DNA of 64,000 nt, taken from IMG/VR virus record IMGVR_UViG_3300045988_167732, positions 64,001-128,000 of that record; one strand, 5' to 3'. Numbering within the stretch: position 1 is the first letter of the stretch; every line of letters begins with the position of its first letter. Under the pieces are notes generated by a model that saw nothing but the letters and a program-made list of their open reading frames with translations, was not told the origin of the DNA and searched no databases. A program made the position numbers and the translations under genes. This stretch comes from a virus. This document shows, in pieces, positions 51,505-61,400 of this stretch.

Positions 51505-52065
51505 TTAACTCAAAAGCTTAAGAGTTCCTGTTTTGCCACAGCCACCGCATCTCCAAGCAGAAGGATTAGACCTAATACCTTGAACAGTGCTACAATTACG
51601 CTGATAAGTTTTCACTACCTTTTTACAGCAATCACAATAGATTTTGTAATTACCACTTAATTTAGCTTGCTGATTAAGATATTTGTGATAATTGGGGTCA
51701 TAACTGCATCTTTTGATATGTGTGCCATAAACAGCATTATATTTTGTAATAGCTCTATACCAACCGCTCGAATGTTCATGACTCAACCCATTGGTAACAC
51801 AATGAGCTACTTCGTGGATAATTGTACCCTGTACATTGATATCATCTCCAACCTCAAAATATTTCTTGTTGAAATTGAGGAGAAAATAGCGCTTACCATC
51901 AAGTGACCGTTTAGGACAGCACTGACCTAACCGATTCTTAGCTCTTGTATTCCATTCTACGACGATTTTTGTTTCAGACAATTCTGTGAATCCAAGATGA
52001 ATCAGATTCATTCTTGCCAGTTCGATGTAGTTTTTGACAGCTTCAATGTTGGTATACTTAGACAT
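51505..52065 (-). CDS. SprT-like zinc metalloprotease
   Basis: TIIHEVAHCV (HExxH) plus a C-terminal Cys4 ribbon. Confidence 0.7.
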   Translation of the reverse strand: MSKYTNIEAVKNYIELARMNLIHLGFTELSETKIVVEWNTRAKNRLGQCCPKRSLDGKRYFLLNFNKKYFEVGDDINVQGTIIHEVAHCVTNGLSHEHSSGWYRAITKYNAVYGTHIKRCSYDPNYHKYLNQQAKLSGNYKIYCDCCKKVVKTYQRNCSTVQGIRSNPSAWRCGGCGKTGTLKLLS

Positions 52066-52100
52066 AATTCTTAAATCCTTCCTTTTTATAAATGTTGTTA

Positions 52101-52298
52101 TTAGTGCTCCAAAGCTTCTTGGTTTTTAATGTCCTGCATAGTAGTTTCGACTGTGTTGCCACATTCCCAAGAATAAAGAAGTTGACCACATTCAGGACAA
52201 ATGTAGTCAAAATCTTCATCGAAGGTAATATTTACTTCAACTCCACAATCAGGACAACACTTACCAGTGCCATTAATAATTCGCAACATATTATTCAT
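52101..52298 (-). CDS. zinc-ribbon protein (65 aa)
   Basis: CPDCG...CPECG. Confidence 0.65.
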   Translation of the reverse strand: MNNMLRIINGTGKCCPDCGVEVNITFDEDFDYICPECGQLLYSWECGNTVETTMQDIKNQEALEH

Positions 52299-52308
52299 CT
52301 CCTTTTAA

Positions 52309-53025
52309 TTAATCCATGCGACCACAGTGCCATTCAATGTCAGTACAGCCAACAATGGACAAATAATTCTTGATTTTATCAACCCACTGTTCCCAACTCC
52401 ATTCGCCCAGTTTATTAGAGCGAGGAATCATTTTGTATTTCTGGCCCTCGTATTTAAAAATCATACCATATCCAATTGCACAACATCCCTTGTCCTCAGA
52501 CATTTTGCAAAGGTCTTCCCAAATTTGAGCAATTGCTTTAATAGCAGGGATTTTATTGTCATCATAATCTTCAGGACAGAAAAGGATAATAGGATAATTC
52601 TTATGCTCTTCGGTATCGTCAGTTTCATAATCACTCCAATTATTGCACGGAGCGAAATAGAAGAACCAAGATGTAGCACACTCAATGTACATACCATACT
52701 TAAGAGCAAATTTCTCAAGCCATTCAGGAGCACCTGAATACATATAACCACACAAAGTTCCCTCAGAAGAGAAACTGATAATATTGGTAGAAGGAGCATA
52801 CTCACAATACTTGGTGGGATGGAAGCCCTCACCCTCATCGACCCAAGTATTCAGAGGGACAAATTTCTTTTCTTTCTTATCCCACAGATTTTGGATATAA
52901 CGAGTACGTCTGTTGTTGTAATAGATACAAACATCATCAACGCATTCATGCTCGGCAAGTAATGCCTTAAATTCCTCAACGATATTGGCGATATCGGACT
53001 TGTTGTAATCATACTTCTTAGACAT
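52309..53025 (-). CDS. hypothetical protein (238 aa)
   Basis: ORF track; the second ATG has better SD spacing. Confidence 0.7.
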   Translation of the reverse strand: MSKKYDYNKSDIANIVEEFKALLAEHECVDDVCIYYNNRRTRYIQNLWDKKEKKFVPLNTWVDEGEGFHPTKYCEYAPSTNIISFSSEGTLCGYMYSGAPEWLEKFALKYGMYIECATSWFFYFAPCNNWSDYETDDTEEHKNYPIILFCPEDYDDNKIPAIKAIAQIWEDLCKMSEDKGCCAIGYGMIFKYEGQKYKMIPRSNKLGEWSWEQWVDKIKNYLSIVGCTDIEWHCGRMD

Positions 53026-53065
53026 AATCATAATTCCTTTCTAAATAAAAAAGTTTTAAAAGTTA

Positions 53066-53094
53066 TTGACAAGAATGAATTTGTGTGTTACAAT
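53066..53094 (+). promoter_or_regulatory. consensus promoter antisense to the - strand operon (module B)
   Basis: TTGACA, 17-nt spacer, TGTGTGTTACAAT; homologous to the promoter at 61295. Confidence 0.6.
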
Positions 53095-53152
53095 ACACAT
53101 AGAGTTAAGAGACCCGTAACCTCTCAACTCTGTGTGTTATGTTTTAGTCTCC

Positions 53153-53233
53153 TTATAGCTCAAGGAAACCAGTTAACACTATTACATAGTAATAGATATT
53201 AAAGCGGTAGTTTATCTATTTGATTTTCTGCAT
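53153..53233 (-). CDS. leader mini-ORF (26 aa) with TAG at codon 6
   Basis: AAAGGAG SD; MQKIK-TAG-INYRFNIYYYVIVLTGFLEL; lies in a conserved leader shared with module A. Confidence 0.3.
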
Positions 53234-53318
53234 GGTCTTTCATCTCCTTTCTTCCTTAAGACAAGGGTTTCATTTATATGAACAGCTTACGGGGCTAGAG
53301 TTTTAGATAGGAACAGGG

Positions 53319-53795
53319 TCACTCCTGTTCCTTTTCTTTTTCTTCGTAAGGCTTAAGGGGAATACGATTACGAGTGGAATATTCGCCAGTATCGTTGTCC
53401 ATAAGGAACTCGTTTTCACACTCATCGCAGAAGAATTTAGTTTCAGTTCCAAAATCATCAACTCCTGCTACTCCCCAATTTCCACAATAAGGACAACGAG
53501 GCTCACGATACTGACCAAAGTGAATATCTTCCTGATACTCTTCAGACCGAGGTTCACTCCAAACCTTGACAGAAAAAGTATTACCAGACTTATCATCAGG
53601 GTCAATCTCTGCCATACAGATATCCTGCTCAACATCCTGTCCATCACGAACAAAGACGATGTTTACCCCATGATATCCATCTTCCTGTTCGCAATAGATT
53701 CTGAACTGACCATTAGGAGTATCAACAGAGACGTAAGGGTAGGAATTATTCTTTGCAGAGTGGATAATCATTTCGTTAAGATTCTTGTTAGACAT
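53319..53795 (-). CDS. zinc-ribbon protein (158 aa)
   Basis: CPYCGN...CDECEN; the stop lies inside the GGAACAGG/CCTGTTCC hairpin. Confidence 0.7.
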   Translation of the reverse strand: MSNKNLNEMIIHSAKNNSYPYVSVDTPNGQFRIYCEQEDGYHGVNIVFVRDGQDVEQDICMAEIDPDDKSGNTFSVKVWSEPRSEEYQEDIHFGQYREPRCPYCGNWGVAGVDDFGTETKFFCDECENEFLMDNDTGEYSTRNRIPLKPYEEKEKEQE

Positions 53796-53832
53796 AGTTT
53801 TCTTTCCTTTCTTAAATCAAAGATGTTTGTAG

Positions 53833-54378
53833 TTACCAGCCATAAACGTTGCGAACTTGTTTACCAATAGCTCGGGTATACTTGGTAATATCCTTGGAAG
53901 TTGCTTTACCACGATACAGTTTCCAACAGAAATTATCAAGCTGGTCAGAAGTGATTTTAGGCTTCACCTCCCTATACAAAATATAGTGAGTTCCATCATG
54001 GTGAGTTTGACGAGAGCGTAAATTATTGTGAGAATCAACCCACCATTCAGCATATTCACAGTCTTGCTTGAAATTAAGACAAGCTTTGATATTATACTCG
54101 TTAAGGAGGTTGTAACCTGTTCTACGTCCATCCCAAAGACCGACATCAGCAATCTCAATGATACGTCCAGTTGGAATATTAAGGTTGCACTTTTCATCTT
54201 CAAAGTACAAATTATTTACCTCGACCATTTCCTCATAGAACTTGTGTTCGTCCCACTCAGAGTAATCAACGCCACATTCATTGAGTCTTTCCTTGATGTC
54301 ATCAATCCAGTCTTCAAGATTGAGGTTATAGTTGCTCCAAATGATGTGAGGATTGCTTTTCTTGTTCTTGGTAGTCAT
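53833..54378 (-). CDS. hypothetical protein (181 aa)
   Basis: ORF track. Confidence 0.7.
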   Translation of the reverse strand: MTTKNKKSNPHIIWSNYNLNLEDWIDDIKERLNECGVDYSEWDEHKFYEEMVEVNNLYFEDEKCNLNIPTGRIIEIADVGLWDGRRTGYNLLNEYNIKACLNFKQDCEYAEWWVDSHNNLRSRQTHHDGTHYILYREVKPKITSDQLDNFCWKLYRGKATSKDITKYTRAIGKQVRNVYGW

Positions 54379-54441
54379 AATCATAATTCCTTTCTCGTAA
54401 TATGTATTTAGGGAACATTTGTGTATGAAAAAGCTGGGGGA

Positions 54442-54996
54442 TTATACCCCAGCAAATCCTTTGTAAGTTTCAACAATCTTGTTCTTTTCTTCAATGACCC
54501 TCTTAGTTGTACTTTTGATGCTGTAAATAAGATTATCCCTCAATGTAGAATAGATTCCATATTCATCCCATTTAGCAAGCCAACCATCTTTGTCTTTAAG
54601 CAGAGAATCAGGACAACACTCAGGAGAAGCATCAAGCACAACAGAATCGCAAACATAATTACCATTTCTCCAAGTAATATGATAACGACCACCCTGTTTG
54701 CTAACTGTGATACTTTCATCCATACCATAATCTCTGTAATAATGAGCATAAAGATTTACTCTTGGAAAGAGATTAACTTCTTCAGCGATTTTCACCAAAG
54801 AAAAAATCTGGTTAACAATCATAGTCCACTTAGCTCTACCAATTGCTTCTGTACGAGGGATATAATATTCCTTTGTAGCTTCATGAAGAGTCTTAGCATC
54901 CTGATAACGCTGAAGAAGTTCCAGCATTTCGGTGTCTTCGTTTTCCTTGCAAGTAATGGTAACGGTCATGTTTTCATAAGTCTTAGTGTTAGTCAT
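54442..54996 (-). CDS. hypothetical protein (184 aa)
   Basis: ORF track. Confidence 0.7.
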   Translation of the reverse strand: MTNTKTYENMTVTITCKENEDTEMLELLQRYQDAKTLHEATKEYYIPRTEAIGRAKWTMIVNQIFSLVKIAEEVNLFPRVNLYAHYYRDYGMDESITVSKQGGRYHITWRNGNYVCDSVVLDASPECCPDSLLKDKDGWLAKWDEYGIYSTLRDNLIYSIKSTTKRVIEEKNKIVETYKGFAGV

Positions 54997-55064
54997 AATA
55001 TAAACCTTTCTCCCCGTATAGCCGTTGGGACAGCTTAATTTTATTATTTTCCTTAAAATAAAGA

Positions 55065-55266
55065 TTAGCCGATGATAGAAAGAATTGTGTTATAGACATT
55101 TTCTGTGTCTAAATCAGAGTCGTTTGATGGATAAGCATTACAAATAGCATCTTTTTCTGTAATAGTTAGCTCATCCCACTTTTTGTTGAAAGGATAGTTC
55201 AAAGAAGTTTCTTCTTCAAAAATCATATAATCTTTTTACAGCTTTTAAAATTTCTTTCTTGTTCAT
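55065..55266 (-). CDS. small acidic protein needing a +1 shift at UUU-UGA, or carrying a T-run indel
   Basis: Strong SD GAAGGAG serves ATG 55266; 16 codons then TGA (55216-55218); the 53-codon body is in the +1 frame and has no SD of its own. Confidence 0.4.
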
Positions 55267-55332
55267 TTTTATATCTCCTTCAATTTATTTGGTAAAGGGG
55301 GAAGATTTACTTCCACCCATATACCTTAGATA

Positions 55333-56925
55333 TTAGTCACTAAGAGTAACACGAACTTTGAGCTTGTTCTCCTTGGCGTATTCACAGATTGCCTTGAATT
55401 CGTCCTCGGTGATACTGCGGTTAGACGCGCCTCTTGCTTGAACAATTGCTTTATCTTCGAGTTCAAGAGTAACAAGAGACTTGTCAATCTTATTAGTCTT
55501 ACGAAGAAAAATAATTAAGCAATTCCTCTTCAAGATTTTAGAAATGTAGCTAGCGACACAATGATTCAACTCAGAACCTTCATGCTTAACATCATCGGCA
55601 TTTTTAGGTCTAATTACAGAATACTCCTTATCATTGGTTGTAAACGGCTTGAAGTTCTTGTAAGCGTTTTCGAACAGTTCTTCCTGCTCTTCGGTAAGTT
55701 TGATTTCATAATTGCGAGCTGCAATATCATGAGTCTGTTTAAGATATGAACTGTAAAGAGTTGGTTTCAAATCCGTGGTGATACACATATTAATGTAGTC
55801 ATTAAGTTCCTGAATAAAAGCGTGCAAACTTTTAAATCCTTGATTGATTGCCTCCTCACAAACATAATCCATGAATTTACCAAATGTGTAATACTCATAA
55901 ATGTGGCTGCCTCTACGTCCGTAACCAACTCCCAAGTACCATCTAAGACACTTTCCAAAACTACCTTCGTTGTCATTTTGGACATGATTGAACAGGAGTT
56001 CTTCATCCCAATATTTACTTTTCTGAATGATTCCAATCCACTCATCCACCGTGTAATGGAAGTAGCTTTCGGCAGTGCATCCCGAATCAGGATTTCCATA
56101 ACCATATTCATTAGTTGCGGTTTTAATAAAATCCTGTAAATCAAGCCATTGGGTTGCCACACCAAAATCAGTTACCTTTTTATATTCAGCCTTGGTCAAA
56201 TTGAGAATCTTGTATACAGGAATGGCTTCGGTGATTTTACGGTTGAGTAAGCTTCTTTGGATTTCCTTGGGCGCGGTTCGAAGAATAATCTCCGTAGATG
56301 CATTTCTTTCTAAAGTAAATTTGAATTCAGTAAAATTATAATGAACTCCGATTTGTTCTTGAGGAATGTCATAAAGTTGAGCAATAAAACTTGTGGCACT
56401 ATCTCTCCAAGAGAACTGACAAGGTTCTCCAGATTTGCTGACAGGGGAAGCGTTTTTATCAAGGACTGGAAATAAACCTTCATCGACAAGAATGAAGGAA
56501 CAAGAGAGATTATTTGAAGCGATTCTGTATTTGTAGTTACGAGAAATAGCAGCTCCAAGCGGGAAACAATAACCCACATTAACCCAAAATTCACCTCCTT
56601 TAACATTAACTTCTTTCAACAAGACTTCTTTCATGTTATAGTCATTGATATCAACTGCATTACCAGAAAGAAGGTCAAAATACAGACTTAAATCACTACG
56701 ATTGGAAGCGTAATGGACAATGATAGTTTTCCCATTAGGGGTGAAATCTTTGTTATAACATTCGCTCTGCACACGAGACAGCTCAACCTTTGCGTTTTCA
56801 AGCTGTTCATTGAGCCCCTTAATCAGAGAGTTAAGTTCCTTTTCTTTGGAAGAAGATTCGTAATTCTTGAAGAAGCTCTCATAGTCATGAGTTTTGGTCT
56901 GATAGAACTTAGCAATGTTAGACAT
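55333..56925 (-). CDS. PcfJ-like protein
   Basis: C-terminus SELNHCVASYISKILKRNCLIIFLRK...TLELE matches the PcfJ-like domain pattern; paralog of the 61729 gene. Confidence 0.65.
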   Translation of the reverse strand: MSNIAKFYQTKTHDYESFFKNYESSSKEKELNSLIKGLNEQLENAKVELSRVQSECYNKDFTPNGKTIIVHYASNRSDLSLYFDLLSGNAVDINDYNMKEVLLKEVNVKGGEFWVNVGYCFPLGAAISRNYKYRIASNNLSCSFILVDEGLFPVLDKNASPVSKSGEPCQFSWRDSATSFIAQLYDIPQEQIGVHYNFTEFKFTLERNASTEIILRTAPKEIQRSLLNRKITEAIPVYKILNLTKAEYKKVTDFGVATQWLDLQDFIKTATNEYGYGNPDSGCTAESYFHYTVDEWIGIIQKSKYWDEELLFNHVQNDNEGSFGKCLRWYLGVGYGRRGSHIYEYYTFGKFMDYVCEEAINQGFKSLHAFIQELNDYINMCITTDLKPTLYSSYLKQTHDIAARNYEIKLTEEQEELFENAYKNFKPFTTNDKEYSVIRPKNADDVKHEGSELNHCVASYISKILKRNCLIIFLRKTNKIDKSLVTLELEDKAIVQARGASNRSITEDEFKAICEYAKENKLKVRVTLSD

Positions 56926-56990
56926 AATCAATTTTCCTTTCTTAATTAGACAAAATGTTTGTAGTGACTATATATTAAAGGTAGGAGGGA

Positions 56991-57659
56991 TTAACCCTCC
57001 ATCACCTTTTTACAAAAAGCTTTGTACTTCTGGCTGTTAAGGATACCAAGAATCTTATCTTTAGCTTCGGGCTGACTCTTATAGTAGTCAGAGTTGTAGC
57101 CAAAATGTCTCTGATAAATCATATCAGGATTTTTCTCCCGTAATGCTTTAAGAGGACAGTAAAGGCTTTCAGTAAACTCTTTACCATTGTGTTTATAAGG
57201 CATCTTGATATAGATATCACATGAGCCAGAGCCATACGTAGGAACATAAGCATTGAATTTGTATTTCTTCAGATAAGGATAAGCCATGAGAATTGCTTCA
57301 TTGAAAGCTTTTCGAAGATAGACACTCTGATAATCAAGAGGGACAACATACTGGTAAGCATCTTCGTAATGGTCTCTTTTCCAACCATTACGTTCTTCAG
57401 TGAACTTAAAGTTTCGTTTGATTTCAGGGAGACGTGTGTAATGGGCTTCATAGTAGCTAACACTATTTGTAGACACAGGAATATACTTGATACCACAGAT
57501 ATCTTTCATCTTGATTTTCTCATTTACAAGCCAAAGAAGGACATGAGTTGGGAAACACTTTTCCCATACATCCCATTCTTTGATGAACTTTTTAGCTCTT
57601 TCGTAGCCAACAAATTCTTCGTTGAGATAAGTACCCTGATACGGAGCATAGATAGACAT
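56991..57659 (-). CDS. hypothetical protein (222 aa)
   Basis: ORF track. Confidence 0.7.
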   Translation of the reverse strand: MSIYAPYQGTYLNEEFVGYERAKKFIKEWDVWEKCFPTHVLLWLVNEKIKMKDICGIKYIPVSTNSVSYYEAHYTRLPEIKRNFKFTEERNGWKRDHYEDAYQYVVPLDYQSVYLRKAFNEAILMAYPYLKKYKFNAYVPTYGSGSCDIYIKMPYKHNGKEFTESLYCPLKALREKNPDMIYQRHFGYNSDYYKSQPEAKDKILGILNSQKYKAFCKKVMEG

Positions 57660-57726
57660 AATCTTTTTTCCTTTCTTTTCAATAGATGTGTTGTTGTTTA
57701 TGTTTGAGGTTTATGTTTGAGTAGAG

Positions 57727-57975
57727 TTATTTCTCTACATCAAAAGTAACATGAGCGCCAGCGATTCTTGAGTGACTTGGAAGCTTATAAAGCTCTGCAA
57801 TCAAATCTGTATCTCTTGGCTTAAAATGAGGCATAAACGCAAAGTAAAACACTTTGCTATCAAGAACTTTGTTGTTATCGTCAAAACGAGTAACAATAAA
57901 TATATAATATTCTTTGTTACTTTCCAAGTCTGTAGAAGTTCCTTCAAAGGTGATGGTAAAATTACCTATGTTCAT
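57727..57975 (-). CDS. hypothetical protein (82 aa)
   Basis: ORF track; SD AAAGGAAG. Confidence 0.65.
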   Translation of the reverse strand: MNIGNFTITFEGTSTDLESNKEYYIFIVTRFDDNNKVLDSKVFYFAFMPHFKPRDTDLIAELYKLPSHSRIAGAHVTFDVEK

Positions 57976-58057
57976 AATTTATACTTCCTTTCAAATTTTA
58001 ATTTGAGGGAGAGAGATATTTCACTCTCTCCCAAATTGATGTGTTGAACAGTTGAAA

Positions 58058-58549
58058 TTAGACAGAGGGTCTACCAAGCCATTCAATGTTGTCTGCCTTG
58101 ATAGTCATACAACCAGTCTCATTGGAAGACGTGAAATAACTATCAGGAACGAAGCCAGTCTTACGAAGGTCTTCCTTAGAAATAGGCTTACCATTGAGAT
58201 AGTGCTGAACCTTGGGCTTATTGGGAGTATCATACACACGGAGGTACTCGTTGTATTCGCCCTTCTTATTAGTGTGGCAGATTATGCGATTGCTGTTATC
58301 CTTCCACTGACCCCAAGGAAGCTTAGAAGCAGTATCAATAGGGATATTCTTCTCAGCAGCCTTTGCGATTGCCTTCTTGGTATGCTTGTAGTTGACACCA
58401 ATACGGTAAGTACCGATAACACGCTTAAGGACAGAGACACCAGCTTTACGACCGAGAGCAGAGAGAGTCACATCGGAAACGTAAGCCATCTTGAAGAACT
58501 GACCAGCGGGGATGGAGTTGACCTTGAGGTTGAAATAAGTGTTATTCAT
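58058..58549 (-). CDS. hypothetical protein (163 aa)
   Basis: ORF track; strongly biased codons. Confidence 0.7.
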   Translation of the reverse strand: MNNTYFNLKVNSIPAGQFFKMAYVSDVTLSALGRKAGVSVLKRVIGTYRIGVNYKHTKKAIAKAAEKNIPIDTASKLPWGQWKDNSNRIICHTNKKGEYNEYLRVYDTPNKPKVQHYLNGKPISKEDLRKTGFVPDSYFTSSNETGCMTIKADNIEWLGRPSV

Positions 58550-58628
58550 GATATTTCCTTTCTGCCCGTAAACCCGATAGCACAGGATAATAAATTAGTT
58601 TGTTGTGAATTGTTATATGAAGAAACGA

Positions 58629-58931
58629 TTAGATGTCAATTTCGATGATTTTACCATCCCAATTATCGTGATTGTAAGTCTCAGCCCACGCAGATGTATC
58701 ATCGAAGTTGTTTTCATCATCAAGAATATCATCATCTACAAGAGACTCAATAGCTTCTTCCAGCTCGTCCATCGTAGAGATATTACAAAAGTTATAATTA
58801 TCTACATCAATATACCGACAAGCTTCGATAAACAGCTCAAATAAATGAATCTGAGCTTTCTCCATAGTGTCGAAGAACTCAGGTTCACCAATTTCACGCT
58901 CACAGCAATCAATAACCATAAACTTCTTCAT
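58629..58931 (-). CDS. highly acidic small protein (100 aa)
   Basis: ORF track; dense D/E runs (DDDILDDENNFDD). Confidence 0.65.
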   Translation of the reverse strand: MKKFMVIDCCEREIGEPEFFDTMEKAQIHLFELFIEACRYIDVDNYNFCNISTMDELEEAIESLVDDDILDDENNFDDTSAWAETYNHDNWDGKIIEIDI

Positions 58932-58970
58932 AATTTTTATTTCCTTTCTTCAATCAAATGTTGTTTGTTG

Positions 58971-59120
58971 TTACTCGCCTTTAATCACATTTACGAGCAG
59001 ATGATAAATCATTTCATCCGCAGCTTCGGCATCCTGCATCATAACGGTTACTTCATCGAAAGCAACATCGTTAATCACTCTGAATGTGGCTCTATCCTTA
59101 TTCTGGATAATTGTAATCAT
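58971..59120 (-). CDS. hypothetical small protein (49 aa)
   Basis: Hand-translated MITIIQNKDRATFRVINDVAFDE...; ATGA overlap with the upstream gene. Confidence 0.45.
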   Translation of the reverse strand: MITIIQNKDRATFRVINDVAFDEVTVMMQDAEAADEMIYHLLVNVIKGE

Positions 59121-59458
59121 TTATTTGCACCTCCTTCAAAGTAATATTCAGAACAATGAAAAGCTTTTTCAAGCGCGTTCTTGATACTCATGAGCTTGTA
59201 ACCGCATTTTCTTTGCTGTTCTGCCAGTCCTTCATAATACATAGATTCTGCCTGTGTGTTAGAACCTAATGCCCAGATATGTTTATTACGAGCATCAGCA
59301 AAGTGCTCGTCAATTGCACCACCAAGCGCATGATAGAGAGCTAGAACTTCATCAAGAGAATCAAACTCGATAATAGCTTTCCAACTGTCGGGATTGACTT
59401 TCTTAATCATGTTTTCGTCAATGATATTGGTAGTGGGCTTGTAAGCGATAGTGTCCAT
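59117..59458 (-). CDS. hypothetical protein (113 aa)
   Basis: ORF track. Confidence 0.7.
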   Translation of the reverse strand: MDTIAYKPTTNIIDENMIKKVNPDSWKAIIEFDSLDEVLALYHALGGAIDEHFADARNKHIWALGSNTQAESMYYEGLAEQQRKCGYKLMSIKNALEKAFHCSEYYFEGGANK

Positions 59459-59514
59459 AGTTAAATTCCTTTCTTAATTAGACATGTTGTTTGTAGGTAT
59501 TATGTGAGTGTGGA

Positions 59515-59940
59515 TTACGGAGTCGCAATCCACACAACAGCAATGTAGTCATCAGATGTTTCCTTAGTCCCATTATTATCCATAGTGAGAATGTAAGGAG
59601 CATCTTCATATACAGCCATATTAGTTTCAAGAGTATAAATACCATCGAAACCAGCGTCCTGAGTTACATTGAGAACTCTGAAACGATATTCTCCATGTTC
59701 CACATCAGAATCTACAAGTTCTGCGTAAACAGGATAAGTGTTTTCTTCGAACTTTGCTTCAGGAAGATTGCTTGTAGGAATAGTAGCATTAGCTTTAGCT
59801 AACTGTTCCTGTAATTCCTCTACTTGAGTGAGGTAATCCTTTACAGAATCACCCAAAGCTGCAACTCTTTCTCTGCTATTGAGATACATAAAGGTCATGA
59901 GGATTGCAACGATAAGGACAAACAGATTAATCTTTTTCAT
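59515..59940 (-). CDS. secreted or membrane-anchored protein (141 aa)
   Basis: ATG 59940 after AAAGGAG; N-terminus MKKINLFVLIVAILMTFMYL is signal-like. Confidence 0.65.
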   Translation of the reverse strand: MKKINLFVLIVAILMTFMYLNSRERVAALGDSVKDYLTQVEELQEQLAKANATIPTSNLPEAKFEENTYPVYAELVDSDVEHGEYRFRVLNVTQDAGFDGIYTLETNMAVYEDAPYILTMDNNGTKETSDDYIAVVWIATP

Positions 59941-59957
59941 TTTTATTCTCCTTTCAT

Positions 59958-60968
59958 TTAAGCTGCGATACGATTCCAAACAGAGTTCAGAATAGGCATA
60001 GTATTAACTGCGACAGCCGTGAACGCTCCTGTGGTAGTAGACTTAGAAGACTTGCGCATCTGAGTGGGATGACTCTCAAAGTCAGAGATAGCGTTCAAAG
60101 CCTTCCAAGCCGTGTTATTAAAGTTCTGGAGGTCATCCTGATTGTAAGCCGTCATAAGCTTTTCAATCATAGCCAGATTACGAATCTGAAGAATCTCAGA
60201 ATCCTCAGTTTTGACAGGAAAGAGTTCACGAGCAAGAGCTTCGAATGCTTCCTTGGAGTAAGGAGTAACTGCAAGCTTTTCAGCTTCAACCTTAAGACGC
60301 TCAAGATAATTGGTATTCTGAAGCAGAATAGTCTTAGCCTGTTCCAGCTTGGCCTGCATAGAATTGCTGTGACGAATACTTACACGATTTTCAGCCCCTC
60401 TGGTTGCACGAGCGATGCAATTAGAACAGAAGATACGGATACTGATGAACATTGCCTGAATTGCCTTAGAGCCATCATGACTATTAAGGAACATCATGGT
60501 GGGTAAGAATTCATCATCCAGAATCTTCATGGGTTCGGTGGACATGGTGATGAAGCTCTTAGCTCCATTAAGTCCATAACTACCAGCAGTTTCAAACTTA
60601 GCACCTCCCAAAGCAAGAGAGTCAAGGAAGTCAAAAGCCTCACGATTCTGAAGGATGTTGTAATTCTTACCAACAATGCCCAACGGAGCATTAGTGTCAG
60701 TACGAATGGTTGCGAACTGGTCAGGGATGATAAAAGGAGTATCAACCAAAATCTTCTGACCATTCCATTCCTGCTCAACCTTGTTTACGAACTGGACAGG
60801 ACGCTTTTCAACGGAGTAATCCAGACCACTGAGCTTGAGAGCGGATTCAAGAGAGTGGACATTCTCAAGAGTGATACCCATATCTTCGTAGTACTTCTTA
60901 CGAGGAGTATTTTCAACAGCTTCCATAACAGCGTTGACTTTCTTAGTATCATAAGCAGCGATTCCCAT
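59958..60968 (-). CDS. DUF932 (phage/plasmid-like) family protein
   Basis: NSHDGSKAIQAMFISIRIFCSNC core and overall layout typical of DUF932/TIGR03299. Confidence 0.75.
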   Translation of the reverse strand: MGIAAYDTKKVNAVMEAVENTPRKKYYEDMGITLENVHSLESALKLSGLDYSVEKRPVQFVNKVEQEWNGQKILVDTPFIIPDQFATIRTDTNAPLGIVGKNYNILQNREAFDFLDSLALGGAKFETAGSYGLNGAKSFITMSTEPMKILDDEFLPTMMFLNSHDGSKAIQAMFISIRIFCSNCIARATRGAENRVSIRHSNSMQAKLEQAKTILLQNTNYLERLKVEAEKLAVTPYSKEAFEALARELFPVKTEDSEILQIRNLAMIEKLMTAYNQDDLQNFNNTAWKALNAISDFESHPTQMRKSSKSTTTGAFTAVAVNTMPILNSVWNRIAA

Positions 60969-61101
60969 AAGATTTCCTTTCCGAGCTTTAAGCTCTAAAC
61001 AAAAAAGTTTTTAATATAATGTGTTGTTTGATTTAAGTTGAGATTATTATAAATCCCAAATCCGCAAATGTCAAGTATTTAAACCAAATAAAGTAAATTA
61101 T

Positions 61102-61266
61102 TTAGTAAGAATACTTCCAAAGTAAGGCAAAGAGTTCTTGCATAAGTTTTTTAGCCTTATCACGGTCTGTTTTAAGCATACAGGTATCTGAACCAATATC
61201 CTCTTTTAACTTAGTGAGGATGTCGAGATAGCTAAGGTCAGTTTCGACGGTGGTTTTAATTTTCAT
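61102..61266 (-). CDS. hypothetical small protein (54 aa)
   Basis: Hand-translated MKIKTTVETDLSYLDILTKLKED...; SD AAAGGAAA. Confidence 0.45.
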   Translation of the reverse strand: MKIKTTVETDLSYLDILTKLKEDIGSDTCMLKTDRDKAKKLMQELFALLWKYSY

Positions 61267-61294
61267 TTTGTTTCCTTTCTGTACTAAAAAGTAC

Positions 61295-61323
61295 TTGACA
61301 AGATTGATGTTGTGTGTTAATAT
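61295..61323 (+). promoter_or_regulatory. consensus promoter antisense to the - strand operon (module A)
   Basis: TTGACA, 17-nt spacer, TGTGTGTTAATAT. Confidence 0.6.
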
Positions 61324-61400
61324 ATGTATAGATGATAAGAAGAATCCTATACTTCTTACTTACCATCTATACATCTTCGTAAAATAATCAGTGGGTGTGA

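Noticed and set aside
58052-58648. 198-aa ORF on the + strand (similar cases: 54421-55038, 60069-60506, 52327-52737, 57369-57707)
   Set aside because: All are antisense to well-supported - strand genes in a uniformly - strand operon, and none has an SD. They are shadow ORFs caused by codon bias.
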